Source: Pseudomonadota bacterium (GTDB lineage Bacteria; Bdellovibrionota_B; Oligoflexia; Oligoflexales; CAIYRB01). Taken from it: DNA of 46,248 bases. The DNA lies in the NCBI GenBank assembly GCA_031416315.1, contig JANOTL010000032.1:1-46248 (forward strand). Reading direction: 5' to 3'. The notes beneath the pieces were generated by a model. That model made no database searches, was not told where the DNA came from, and saw only the letters and a program-made list of their open reading frames with translations. The stretch's first letter is position 1. Each line of letters starts with the position of its first letter. Shown here one piece after another: positions 27,375-37,083 of this stretch. Position numbers and translations under genes: made by a program.

Positions 27375-29213
27375 TTACTGATTCCGGGACATATTCCGGA
27401 TCACGATCTGCATCTCCAGCACCTTCCCGATGTTTTCTGGGCGCATCAGCTCTTCCCTCTGCGCGGAGCTCGGCAAAGGCATGGCCTGTGGATCGCTCGC
27501 CGGCAGCTCGAGGCGACGTAGGATCGCGTCCCGCCGCAGGCTCAAAGCCGCGAGCACGCGCTCGTCGTCACCGGCGAAGAAGTCGTGCGGCGGCGACGTG
27601 TGACACGCCGCGCAGTAGTGACGAAGCGTCGCCAGTTCGCTGCGCCCACCGCCACCAGACTCGTCGCCCTCGAGAATCGGCGCGGCCATCTCCGGCGTCG
27701 GCGCGGCGCAGCAGCTCGGGCGCGTATCCGTCGCGCCGAGCGCCGCCAAAAGCTCAGGAAAAATGACCCCGCGCGCTAAAGGCCGCGCTCCGAGCACGTC
27801 CGAAACGCCTTCGAGCGTCCGCTGCCTCAAGATCTGCACGGTCGCGGCGAGCTTCGCCGTCCCCTCGGCGCCGCTCCCGAGCTTCGCTTGCAGCAGCGCG
27901 CGATCGGCGCGGTTCAGCTGGCGCGCCGCGAACTGGACGACCTTCTCCCAGCCGTCCGCCGCCAGGAGGTCGCGCACCTCGCGGTCGAAGAAGCGCTCCT
28001 TCGGCCGCGGCGACAGCGGGTCCAGCTCTCCGCGCACGTCGCCGTACGCCAAGATCTCTTGTTTGATCGCGTCGAGGTCCGCGTCCGCTTCTGCGATGAA
28101 AGTCGCCGGGAACGCGCCGCGCGGATCGTCGAGCCCCGAGGAAGGGCCGAGCGCCTCGGTCGCGAACGTGCGCCAATCGACGACCCAGTTCGCTGGCGCC
28201 TGCATCGACGCGCCGAGGCCGAGAAAGCGGCGTAAGCCCGATTCGAGAATGAGCGCGCGGCACTCCACCTGCGCCTGCGCCTCCCCGCTGCAGCCGAGGG
28301 TCCACGCTTTCTGCAGCGCCAGGCTCACGTGCGCCTCCCGCACCGATCGGTCGAGCTCCGTGACGCCGGAGAACGCCGGGGAGCGCAGCGGCAGACCGTG
28401 ATAGCTCTGCGCCGCCTGATCCCGCTCCATGATCAAACCTATGTAAGCGTTCTCGTTCGTCTCCGCCCAGGTGTACTCGGGAAAGAGCGGCCCCCCGTCC
28501 TGATGGCAGGCGACGCACACGGCGCGGTTGGCGTATTTCACCACCGGCGTCTTGCCCGGCGCATAGTCAGTCACGACCTGGAACTCGTAGCGCCCCATCG
28601 CCTCGTTGAAGGAGATGACCTCGAGCCGCTCGGCCGGCTCCACGAAGGCGACGAAGACACTGCCGCCGAACGGCGGCTCCGGCTTCAGGCCGACGATCGC
28701 GCGGGGAAAGCGAAACGGGTCGACCGCGTTGGCGGCGCGCAGGAGCGAGCGGCCGCGTGGAATCAGGGCCGAAAGCACGCCGGCGCCGCTGCGCGACGTC
28801 AACGCGCCGACTAGAGACTCGAACGGGAACGGGACGGCGAGCGGCGCGTCCGGCCCCTGCGCGACGATGTGGTCGAACAGCGAGCGCCCGAACGGTGGCA
28901 CGCTCTGCGTCAGAAGCGCTGGTGTGAGCACCGGCAACGGCGCGTACGTGTCGGGACGATACGTGATGGGCGGCGTCCCGCCGGGTTCGTTGGGCGAGGG
29001 CAGGGGGTCCGAGGCCACTGGTTGCTGGGGCGGCTGAGCGCTCGTCGGTTGCGGCGAGCCCGGCACGTGGGGAAGCGCGGGCGGCGGCACACCCGGCGCC
29101 GTCGCATCCGGCCCACGCGGCGCCACCGAGTCGGGCGTCACCACCTGCTCTCCTGCGCCGCGGGGGTGACAGCCCATTCCAACCGCCAGCACCGCGATCA
29201 AAGCCAAACGCAT
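27375..29213 (-). CDS. lipoprotein with two CxxCH c-type heme motifs
   Basis: AAGGAGG RBS, lipobox-like GMGC, Pro-rich linker, CVACH and CAACH, distal MP motif near the C-terminus. Confidence 0.75.
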   Translation of the reverse strand: MRLALIAVLAVGMGCHPRGAGEQVVTPDSVAPRGPDATAPGVPPPALPHVPGSPQPTSAQPPQQPVASDPLPSPNEPGGTPPITYRPDTYAPLPVLTPALLTQSVPPFGRSLFDHIVAQGPDAPLAVPFPFESLVGALTSRSGAGVLSALIPRGRSLLRAANAVDPFRFPRAIVGLKPEPPFGGSVFVAFVEPAERLEVISFNEAMGRYEFQVVTDYAPGKTPVVKYANRAVCVACHQDGGPLFPEYTWAETNENAYIGLIMERDQAAQSYHGLPLRSPAFSGVTELDRSVREAHVSLALQKAWTLGCSGEAQAQVECRALILESGLRRFLGLGASMQAPANWVVDWRTFATEALGPSSGLDDPRGAFPATFIAEADADLDAIKQEILAYGDVRGELDPLSPRPKERFFDREVRDLLAADGWEKVVQFAARQLNRADRALLQAKLGSGAEGTAKLAATVQILRQRTLEGVSDVLGARPLARGVIFPELLAALGATDTRPSCCAAPTPEMAAPILEGDESGGGGRSELATLRHYCAACHTSPPHDFFAGDDERVLAALSLRRDAILRRLELPASDPQAMPLPSSAQREELMRPENIGKVLEMQIVIRNMSRNQ

Positions 29214-29487
29214 GGGCGGCCCTCCTTCATGAAAGCCTAGGCTACCCGGCGCACGCGAGGCAACGCGCGACCCGAGCGTCGCGACGGGAGGGTCCGGGGG
29301 CCGCGACACAACCGGGCGCGCGACGCCGTAATCATGATAGATATCAGTGCAATACCAGAAGAGGGACACGAGGGGATGCCAATGCTATCGTGGCAAAAAT
29401 CTGATCCATCGCGGGAGTTGCACGCTTGCGCACGCTGCTTTTCACCGGAATCCTGACGGGAACGATCATCGGCGACGTCAAGAAGCC

Positions 29488-29700
29488 ATGAGCGCCACCG
29501 AAGAAAGACTCGTCGACCTCGAATCGAAGCTATCCCACCAGGAGCTGGCGCTCGAGGATTTGCAGCGCGCCTACTACGAGCAGCAAAAAGACATCTCGCG
29601 GCTCGAGGCGGCGCTGAAGCGCCTCGTCGCACAGCTGGAGAACGCGGCGGCTAGCGATGTCGAGCGTCCTGCGGCCAACGAGAAGCCGCCACACTACTGA
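29488..29700 (+). CDS. slyX: SlyX family protein
   Basis: EERLVDLESKLSHQE and the C-terminal signature EKPPHY. Confidence 0.92.
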   Translation: MSATEERLVDLESKLSHQELALEDLQRAYYEQQKDISRLEAALKRLVAQLENAAASDVERPAANEKPPHY

Positions 29701-29723
29701 AATCTTCCCCGTGGAGATCCCCC

Positions 29724-32147
29724 ATGTTCCCAGGTCTCGTGCTCATGGCGTCCGTCGCCGTCACGCCGCCGGTCTTGCTGAAAGACGCGCGCGCGACGCT
29801 CACCATGCCGGCGTACACTGCCGAGGAGCGCGTCGCGCTCGTCGAGCAGGCGCAGCTCATGCTCGATCAGCTTTACGTGCATCGCGAGCGCAAGATCGAG
29901 CTCAACGGGCCGATGGTGGATCCGACGCCGCGCTTGGCGCTCCTGCGCGAGACGGCCGGCGAGCTGACCGATCAGACGCTGCACCGCTCGATCCGGCGCG
30001 TCTTCGCCGATCAGCGAGATCTGCATACGACCTATACTTTGCCGTGGCCCCTGCGCTGCTACCGCAGCTTTCTGCCCATCGGCTTGAGCGAGGTCCAAGA
30101 TCAAGGCGGCCAGATGGTCCTGGCCGTCGAGGCGATCGCCGCGGCGGCGCTCGACGTGGCGCCCGAGGCGCGCCTCGTCCACGTCGGCGACGTGCTGCTG
30201 ACGTACGACGGGATGCCGGCCTATGACGCGCTCGAATTGGCCAAGCGTGAGGCAAGCGGCGCGAACGAGGCGGCGAGCCGCTTCCGCGCGATGCAATACC
30301 TTACCGGGCGAGGGCATGCGCGGCATTTCGTGCCCACTAGCGACACCTTGGCGCTGACCCTGCGCGACCGGCTCGGCCGCGTCTACGCCCTCGAGATGCC
30401 TTGGGTCGTGACCGGCGACGATGCCTGTCTGCGGCGCGCCGAGGGGCCTGGCGGCACGGCGCGCGCAAAAGCCGCGACGTTCCTGCGTGCGGCCTTTGAC
30501 GATCAGCTCTTCTACGAGGAGATGTTCCACCCGCACGACGGCGTGGCGAAGCGCTTGAAAGATCTGCGCGACGTTCCCGCGCAGCCGACGAGCGACGACA
30601 TCCTTTCCTACGCGACCTTCGACAACGAGCTCGGCACCTGGGGTTACTTGCGGCTGAAGAGCATGATCCCCAGCACCTCGATCGACGGCGTGGCCGCTGA
30701 GGTCCGCCGCCTTTTAACGGGCCCGCTCGCGGCGACCGATGGGCTCGTGGTCGACGTGCGCGGCAACGGCGGCGGGATGATCGTCCTCGGTGACGTCCTG
30801 GCGCAGCTTTTTGGCCCTGCTGAGATCGCTTCGATGCGCTTTCGCCTGAAGGCTTCCGCGGGCAACATGTTCTTCGTTTCGCACGCGTCGTGGCTCCGCG
30901 GCACGCCATGGGAAGCCGGCGTCGCGGACGCGCTCGCGGCGGGGCGTCCCTTCGCGGCGGACCTGCCGATGACGCTCGACCGGGCGAGCAACTCCGGCGG
31001 CACGGCATATTTCAAGCCGGTCGCCGTCCTGACGGACGCGCGCTGCTATTCGACCTGCGACCTGTTCACCGCGCAGATGCAGGACCACGGTCACGCCGTG
31101 ATCTGGAGCGCGGGCGGGCGCACGGGCGGCGGCGGCGCCAACAACGTCGGGCACAACGACTTCCTCGCGGACCTAGTGGCGGCGGACTCGGATCCTGGAC
31201 CTTTCGCTGTCTTACCGGGCGGGCAGAACCTGGGCATCGCCTGGCGCGCCATGATTCGCACCGGCTTGCACGCGGGCGAGCTGATCGAGGACGTCGGCGT
31301 CGAAGCCGACCGCCACGTGACGCGGACGCTCGCCGACCTGTTCACGCAGGATGCGGGCGTCTTGCGGCAGATCACCGCCGAATTGGCGACGCGCAGCGCG
31401 TCGATGCAAGCGCGGGTTGATGCCGGGTCCTTGGCGCCGCTCGACGTGCGGCCGGCAGAGGTGGGCGAAGTGGCTTTGCGCGTCGCAGGCACCGACGCCA
31501 TCTCGTACCGCTTGGACGAGAGTCAGGACCCAACGACTGTGACGGTGACGCCGAGCCGCGATACGCGTCGCGTAGCGTTGCCGATCGCGTCGGCGCGGCC
31601 GATCGGGGACGTCGCGACGGTGACGGCGGTCGGCCGGCGCGACATGCACAACGTGTGGCGCATCGCGCGAACGCTGCGCTGGGTGCCGGCCCATGCGGCT
31701 TTGGCGCCCGAAGGTGCGGCGTGGGATTTCGACGACGGGACCACGGGCGGCCTCACGGCTTTTCGCATGGGGCAAGGTCGCGGTTGGCACGTCGAGGACG
31801 GGAAGCTGGTGGTCGGCGGCACGACGCCTTACGAGGACAACGAGGCGGCGCAAGCGTCGCTGTTCTTGAAGCTGCCCGAGGCGCCGTCTATGGCGCTCGC
31901 TTTCGAAGCGCAGATCGCGACGGAGCTGGACTACGATTTCTTCACGGTCTCCGTGATCTCCGAGGGCGTCGTGACGGCGCTCACGCCGCCGCTGAGCGGC
32001 GCAATCCCGGCGCAAGGCTTTTCGATCCCGCTCGCAGCCTTCGCCGGGAAGGCGGTCGAACTTCGTTTCGAGCTGACTTCGGACGGCTCCGTGATCGACG
32101 CGGGCGTGCAGCTCGATGCGGTCGCCTTGAATCCCGATGGTCGGTGA
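29724..32147 (+). CDS. S41-family peptidase with PDZ-like and C-terminal beta-sandwich domains
   Basis: DLHT, GDVLLTYDG, VVDVRGNGGG, CYSTCDLF (Ser nucleophile), TGGGGAN, IEDVGVEAD, C-terminal TELDYDF..LRFELTSD. Confidence 0.85.
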   Translation: MFPGLVLMASVAVTPPVLLKDARATLTMPAYTAEERVALVEQAQLMLDQLYVHRERKIELNGPMVDPTPRLALLRETAGELTDQTLHRSIRRVFADQRDLHTTYTLPWPLRCYRSFLPIGLSEVQDQGGQMVLAVEAIAAAALDVAPEARLVHVGDVLLTYDGMPAYDALELAKREASGANEAASRFRAMQYLTGRGHARHFVPTSDTLALTLRDRLGRVYALEMPWVVTGDDACLRRAEGPGGTARAKAATFLRAAFDDQLFYEEMFHPHDGVAKRLKDLRDVPAQPTSDDILSYATFDNELGTWGYLRLKSMIPSTSIDGVAAEVRRLLTGPLAATDGLVVDVRGNGGGMIVLGDVLAQLFGPAEIASMRFRLKASAGNMFFVSHASWLRGTPWEAGVADALAAGRPFAADLPMTLDRASNSGGTAYFKPVAVLTDARCYSTCDLFTAQMQDHGHAVIWSAGGRTGGGGANNVGHNDFLADLVAADSDPGPFAVLPGGQNLGIAWRAMIRTGLHAGELIEDVGVEADRHVTRTLADLFTQDAGVLRQITAELATRSASMQARVDAGSLAPLDVRPAEVGEVALRVAGTDAISYRLDESQDPTTVTVTPSRDTRRVALPIASARPIGDVATVTAVGRRDMHNVWRIARTLRWVPAHAALAPEGAAWDFDDGTTGGLTAFRMGQGRGWHVEDGKLVVGGTTPYEDNEAAQASLFLKLPEAPSMALAFEAQIATELDYDFFTVSVISEGVVTALTPPLSGAIPAQGFSIPLAAFAGKAVELRFELTSDGSVIDAGVQLDAVALNPDGR

Positions 32148-33252
32148 CGTCGAGAAACGCCGTGTGCGCCAGGCTTGCTCTCGGTTCCTGAGCGGGCACG
32201 CGCCGGTTTTACCGGCGGTGGAGCTGGCGCGGGTTGCAGAGTGGTGCGGTGCCGACGGTCGCTTTGGCGACGTGTACGGAAAAGGCGAGGTGATGGGCGA
32301 GCTGGAAGCACGCTTTGCGGCTCTCTTAGGAAAAGAAGCCGCGGTCTTCATGCCGAGCGGCACGATGGCGCAACAGATCGCGCTCCGCATCTGGTCGGAC
32401 CGAGTTGGCGTACGTCACGTCGGCCTGCATGCGACCTCGCACTTGGAGCTCCATGAGCATCGCGGCTACGCGCATCTGCACGACATGCGCGCGACTTTGC
32501 TGGGCGAGGCGCATCGGCCGATCGTGGCGGCCGATGTCGAGGCCTGTCCTGAGCGCATGGCGGTGCTCGTTACTGAGCTGCCATTGCGCGAGGCAGGCGG
32601 CATCTTACCGAGCTGGGACCAGCTCGAGGCTCTGAAAAGCGCCGCCGAGACAAACGGCGTGAGATTGCACATGGACGGCGCACGCCTTTGGGAGTCGCAG
32701 GCGTTTTACGCGCCGCGCACTCATGCGGAGATTTGCGCAGGCTTCGACTCGGTGTATGTGTCTTGTTACAAAGGGCTCGGCGGTCTTGGCGGTGCGGTGC
32801 TCGCGGGCTCGAGCGCGTTCGTGGCGGAGAGCCGGATCTGGCTTCGGCGGCACGGCGGCAACCTGGTGACGCTCTACCCGTACGTGGCCTCAGTCGCGAT
32901 GCAGCTCGACCGGCGCTTGGCGCAAATGCCTGCCTATTGGCAAAGGGCGAAGGAGCTAGCGGCGGCGATCCGCGCCGAAGGCTTGGGAGAGGTCGTGCCC
33001 GAAGTGCCGCACACCAACATGTTTCACCTCTTCGTGCGCGGTGAGCCTGCGGCACTGGACGCGGCGCATCTGGCGTTCGCCGCGAAATCCGGACTTTGGC
33101 TCAGCGGTCGCTTCACGCCGGCGCGCGTGCCGGGTTGGAGCTGGATCGAGGTCTACGTCGGCGACAATGCCTTGGCGCTGTCGAATCAGGACGTTTGCGA
33201 TGCTCTGCGGGCCCTTCGCAATCGCACGACCGACGCGCGCGCCGGGACGTGA
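32137..33252 (+). CDS. low-specificity L-threonine aldolase family (PLP)
   Basis: AVFMPSGTMAQQ, SHLELHE, LHMDGARLWE, SVYVSCYKGLGG. Confidence 0.9.
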   Translation: MVGDVEKRRVRQACSRFLSGHAPVLPAVELARVAEWCGADGRFGDVYGKGEVMGELEARFAALLGKEAAVFMPSGTMAQQIALRIWSDRVGVRHVGLHATSHLELHEHRGYAHLHDMRATLLGEAHRPIVAADVEACPERMAVLVTELPLREAGGILPSWDQLEALKSAAETNGVRLHMDGARLWESQAFYAPRTHAEICAGFDSVYVSCYKGLGGLGGAVLAGSSAFVAESRIWLRRHGGNLVTLYPYVASVAMQLDRRLAQMPAYWQRAKELAAAIRAEGLGEVVPEVPHTNMFHLFVRGEPAALDAAHLAFAAKSGLWLSGRFTPARVPGWSWIEVYVGDNALALSNQDVCDALRALRNRTTDARAGT

Positions 33253-33388
33253 GCATGCGATGGAAACTGACCTGGAGAGCTGAGCGCCCGAGTTCTCGGC
33301 GCCGCTTTCCCCCGACGGGTCTTCTCGACCGGTCGTTTCACCGCTGAGGTGCGGAAGCGCCGAGGGTGCAGCTGGGTCTTGGGTGCCG

Positions 33389-34513
33389 CTATTCCGCGTC
33401 GACGCGGACGACCGTGTTAGCCGCAGCGTCCACGAACCAAAGCTCGCCAGCCGCGCTAACGGTCAAGCCCATGATCTTCCGCGCGCCTGTCGCGATGCGC
33501 TCGACTTCGGCCTTGGTCGCGAGGTCGTACACCACGATCTCACCGGTCGCGTGATCCGAGACGAAGAGCTGGCCCGCGTGAATGGCGATGCCCGAGGGCT
33601 GCCGAAGTCCCGCGGCGAAGACCTCGACCGAGGCGCCGGTATACGCGACGTATTCCGCCAAAGGCTCGCTCGAAGCGCGCAGGCGCCCGGAAGAGCTCGC
33701 GGTGCTCGGGTCGATGCGCAAGACGCGGCCGGTTCCGGTGTCGGCGACATAGAGAAGGCTCGAATCCGAGTCGACCAGCATGTGGCTTGGAACGCCGGCG
33801 ACGCGCGTCAAGTTCACGTCGGTGTACCGGCGCAAGCGGCCGTCGGAGTGATCGTCGTATCCAGGGCCGTGATCGCGGACGAAGTTGTAGTAGACGAGTT
33901 CGCCGCTGTCGCCGTCGAAGACCCAAAAGGCATTGCCGGTCGCGTGGGCGATCCCCATGCAAAGGGGGCTCTGATGCAACATGTCGATGTGGCTGCCGAG
34001 CAGCTCCTTCGGTCCGTCGCCGGCTTTCGCCTCGCAGACCGCGCCCTTGACGAAATTCTGGTTCACGTTCGCGAAGATGTCGAGGTCCGAGGTCCAGAGC
34101 GTCGGGCCCATGAAGCCGATCGCGCCCGCGGCCTCGTTGCGTGACTCGTGACATGACGCAAAGTTGGTCGGCGTGCCGAAGGCGAGCGAGCTGACCTGCG
34201 ACATGAAGTGGTAGCGATACGCGTCGTTGCGCGCTTCGGTGCGCTGCGTCGCCGCGCCGGCGTCATGCAAAATGACCACACCTTCGGACTGCCGGTTCAC
34301 GGTCCAGAGCTCGCCGGGAACGTCCGGGTTGAAGGCGAGGTCCCGGGGCGTCGCCAGGCCGTTCGCGGCGGTTGCCATCACGGTGAGTGTGCGCGAGGAC
34401 TTTATGCCGAGGCTGATCGGGCGCGTGACGGCGTCGGTGCCGCTGTGGCTTTCGGTCGGGCCGCAGGCTGGTAGCAAGGCCAGGCTCAACAGCAAGGTGA
34501 TCCGCTGGCTCAT
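33389..34513 (-). CDS. NHL-like beta-propeller lipoprotein
   Basis: Lipobox LPAC, blades PRDLAF, LYVADTG, PSGIAI..LFVSD, LWFVD. GGAG RBS before the ATG at 34513. Confidence 0.8.
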   Translation of the reverse strand: MSQRITLLLSLALLPACGPTESHSGTDAVTRPISLGIKSSRTLTVMATAANGLATPRDLAFNPDVPGELWTVNRQSEGVVILHDAGAATQRTEARNDAYRYHFMSQVSSLAFGTPTNFASCHESRNEAAGAIGFMGPTLWTSDLDIFANVNQNFVKGAVCEAKAGDGPKELLGSHIDMLHQSPLCMGIAHATGNAFWVFDGDSGELVYYNFVRDHGPGYDDHSDGRLRRYTDVNLTRVAGVPSHMLVDSDSSLLYVADTGTGRVLRIDPSTASSSGRLRASSEPLAEYVAYTGASVEVFAAGLRQPSGIAIHAGQLFVSDHATGEIVVYDLATKAEVERIATGARKIMGLTVSAAGELWFVDAAANTVVRVDAE

Positions 34514-34593
34514 GTTCTTCTCCCGAGATTGAGTCGATAAACTTTCGTGGGAAGAGTAAAGCATGACTGCAAGCCCAATCACAGTGACATGAG

Positions 34594-35529
34594 ATGGAGA
34601 CACTGACGATGTCCACGCCCTTGGCCTTGTGTCTCATGGTCATCGCGACGACGGCGGCGCCGCAGCTTTGGGCCTGCGAGCTGCCGAAGATCGCGACGCG
34701 AGACAAGGCCGTCGAACTTACGCTCACCGTCGCGGCGGCGACCGACTGCGCGAGCTTCGTCACGGGCGACGCCGTCGCGATCGAGATCAAGGTCAGGATC
34801 AGGGCCTCGGCAGCGCCGGCAGAGGTCACCGAAGTGTCTCTAAAACGAGACGATGGTCTCGCGGCAAACGGAGTGCCGACGGTGCGCAAGCTCACGGGTG
34901 TGACCTTCTTCGCCGACAATCTGAGCTTCGCCGCGCCGGGCACCTGGATTGCCACGCTCACCTTGCGCCGCGGCGAGAAAGAAGAAGACGTCGAGCTCGC
35001 GCTGAAGGCGGCATTGCCCGCGGCGCAGATCGCGACGATTCATGCGGACGCCAGCAAGATCCCCGATTTCACCTTCGCGGATCCGAGCGGGCGCAACGTC
35101 ACGCGCGCCGCGTTGACCGGCAAAGTATGGATCGCGACGCTCTTCTTCGCCAGCTGCCCCGAGATCTGTCCGCTCATGACGCAAAAGCTTGCGACGCTGC
35201 AGCGGCACTTCAAAGGCGCCCGCGACTTTCGCCTGGTGTCGATCACCACTGACCCCCGGGTCGACACGCCGGAAATCCTCGCGGGCCTCGCCAAGCGGCA
35301 CGACGCCGACCCAGCTCGCTGGTTCTTCCTGCGCGGCGAGAAGAGCGCCGTCGTCGCCCTATCGGACGGCGGCCTCTTGCTCGACGCCACCCTCGCCTCG
35401 CCGATGCACTCGACGAAGATCGCGTTGGTAGGCAGGGACGGCATCGTCAAAGGCCGCTACGAGTCGAGCAAGCTCGAAGAGCTGGAGCAGCTGAAGCTCG
35501 ACGCGCAGGCTCTTCTCGCGGCGAAGTAA
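34594..35529 (+). CDS. SCO1/SenC family copper chaperone with an extra N-terminal Ig-like region
   Basis: CPEIC, ITTDPRVDTP, MHSTKIALV. The N-terminal region has FAAPGTW (YtkA/FixH-like). The start is uncertain (34594 or 34609). Confidence 0.85.
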   Translation: METLTMSTPLALCLMVIATTAAPQLWACELPKIATRDKAVELTLTVAAATDCASFVTGDAVAIEIKVRIRASAAPAEVTEVSLKRDDGLAANGVPTVRKLTGVTFFADNLSFAAPGTWIATLTLRRGEKEEDVELALKAALPAAQIATIHADASKIPDFTFADPSGRNVTRAALTGKVWIATLFFASCPEICPLMTQKLATLQRHFKGARDFRLVSITTDPRVDTPEILAGLAKRHDADPARWFFLRGEKSAVVALSDGGLLLDATLASPMHSTKIALVGRDGIVKGRYESSKLEELEQLKLDAQALLAAK

Positions 35530-35544
35530 GGACGCGGTGAAGCG

Positions 35545-36426
35545 TTACTTGGACCGCGGATGTTGGAAGTGCAGGACGTGATCGCAGCCGTCGCTGAGAG
35601 CTTCCTGCACCAACGTCACGGTGCCCAGCCGCTGGAAGGCGCCGTCGCCCACGTCGGCCGTATAGATGCCGAAGCGCAGGCCGCCGTCGAAATTGGCGAG
35701 GCGGAGCTCATCGCGGAAGTCGGAGGCGCCGTTGCGCTCGGCGTTCTCGGAGACGAGGGCCATCCACTGCGGAGTCGCGGCGGCCTCGGGGCTCGCGAGG
35801 CCGAGCCCTGAGACTTGGTAGAGCTGACGAATGCCGACGTTCGAGTCGGCGGCGGTGAAGGTCTTGGCGATCTTGGTGAGGGTTGGGATCCAGGCGAACT
35901 GGTCAAAATGGACCGAGGTCTTTGGCTCGTTCGTCTTGTGCTCGTCGAGGAAGGAGGCGGCCGAGGTGCCGCCGAGGTCGTCGATGGTGAAGAAGTTGGC
36001 GGTGCGGCCGTGGGCGAAGATCTTGCCCGCGAGGCCGAAGGAGCGGTTGCCGCCGGCGTCCGGACGGCCGAGCGCCTCGGAGGCGCGCACGATGATCGGG
36101 TGCTCGGAGCCTTGGGCGAAGGCGCCGGTATAGCCGTTCTCGGCCGTGACCTTCCAGGTGCCGGCGAAACAGATGCCGATCGGATGGACCAGCTTCTGGA
36201 AGCGCGGCAGGACGTCGGCGTCGTCGGAAAGCGTGCGGTCGACCGCTTTGGTCAAGAGGTCGATGCCGCTGGCGAAGAATTTCGAGTAGCTGGTCTGGTA
36301 CTGCGGGAGGGAGTCGTAGGGACCTTGTTGAGTGGCCGTCCAGACGTCCTGGAAGCTTGCGGCTCCGGCTTGGGCGGTGGTCGCGGCGAGAGCCATGGTC
36401 AGAGCGGCGATACGGGTCGAGATCAT
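35545..36426 (-). CDS. secreted catalase-like fold protein (short)
   Basis: Signal peptide ending AQA, KLVHPIGICFAGTW (distal His region), IVRAS, GLAGK, TANFFT. ATGA overlap with the upstream MarR stop codon. Confidence 0.65.
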   Translation of the reverse strand: MISTRIAALTMALAATTAQAGAASFQDVWTATQQGPYDSLPQYQTSYSKFFASGIDLLTKAVDRTLSDDADVLPRFQKLVHPIGICFAGTWKVTAENGYTGAFAQGSEHPIIVRASEALGRPDAGGNRSFGLAGKIFAHGRTANFFTIDDLGGTSAASFLDEHKTNEPKTSVHFDQFAWIPTLTKIAKTFTAADSNVGIRQLYQVSGLGLASPEAAATPQWMALVSENAERNGASDFRDELRLANFDGGLRFGIYTADVGDGAFQRLGTVTLVQEALSDGCDHVLHFQHPRSK

Positions 36427-36917
36427 GTTGCGGGTCCCTTTTGTTTGACGCGCGGTTTGGCGCGGGAGGTCACGGGTGGTTTCTTCTCGAGCCCGACGCG
36501 GCAGAGCTCGATGTAGTCGTCGAGACGGCCGCGAAGGGCCAGGAAGTCGGATTCCGTGACCTGCGTGTCGCAAAATAGCTGATAGGCGATCTTCTGCGCC
36601 TTGTTCAGCACGACCAGGCCCGCGGGCGTGATCTCGCTCACGACCGTGCGCTCGTCGCCGGGGAGGCGCTTGCGCTCGAGATAGCCGCTGCGCTCGAGGC
36701 TCTTGAGCAGCGGTGAGATGGTGCCGAAATCCAGGCTCAACCGGTCGGCAAGGCTGCCGACCGATTGCTGGTTCTTCTCCGCGAGAGCGAGGAGCACGAC
36801 GTACTTCGGGTAGGTGAGTTGCAGGGGCGCGAGGGGCTCTCCGTACGCACGCATCACCATGCGGGATGCGACGTAGAGCTTGAAGCAGAGATGGTCGTCG
36901 AGCTTGATGGCGGGCAC
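36423..36917 (-). CDS. ohrR: MarR-family regulator, OhrR-like
   Basis: LDDHLCFKLYVASR (OhrR LCF peroxidatic Cys motif), LTYPKY, GTISPLLK, DER. GTG start with AAGGAG RBS. Confidence 0.8.
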   Translation of the reverse strand: MPAIKLDDHLCFKLYVASRMVMRAYGEPLAPLQLTYPKYVVLLALAEKNQQSVGSLADRLSLDFGTISPLLKSLERSGYLERKRLPGDERTVVSEITPAGLVVLNKAQKIAYQLFCDTQVTESDFLALRGRLDDYIELCRVGLEKKPPVTSRAKPRVKQKGPAT

Positions 36918-36961
36918 TCGGGCTCCTTCGCCTCGGGGAAGTGAGGGTTATTTAGCATCCG

Positions 36962-36990
36962 ATTACATCGGATACAATGTATTTCTGCAA
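36962..36990 (-). promoter_or_regulatory. sigma70-like promoter with overlapping OhrR-like operator
   Basis: Minus strand TTGCAG-17 nt-TGTAAT. An AT-rich imperfect palindrome TACATTGTATCCGATGTA (36964-36981) spans the spacer and the -10. Confidence 0.65.
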
Positions 36991-37083
36991 GCTGAGGATA
37001 CGGCTCACCCAATCCGCCCTTTTCGTGTATGACCGGGCGAAGCGACACGAATCTTTGCTCCAAAATAAACGACGGATCACGCC

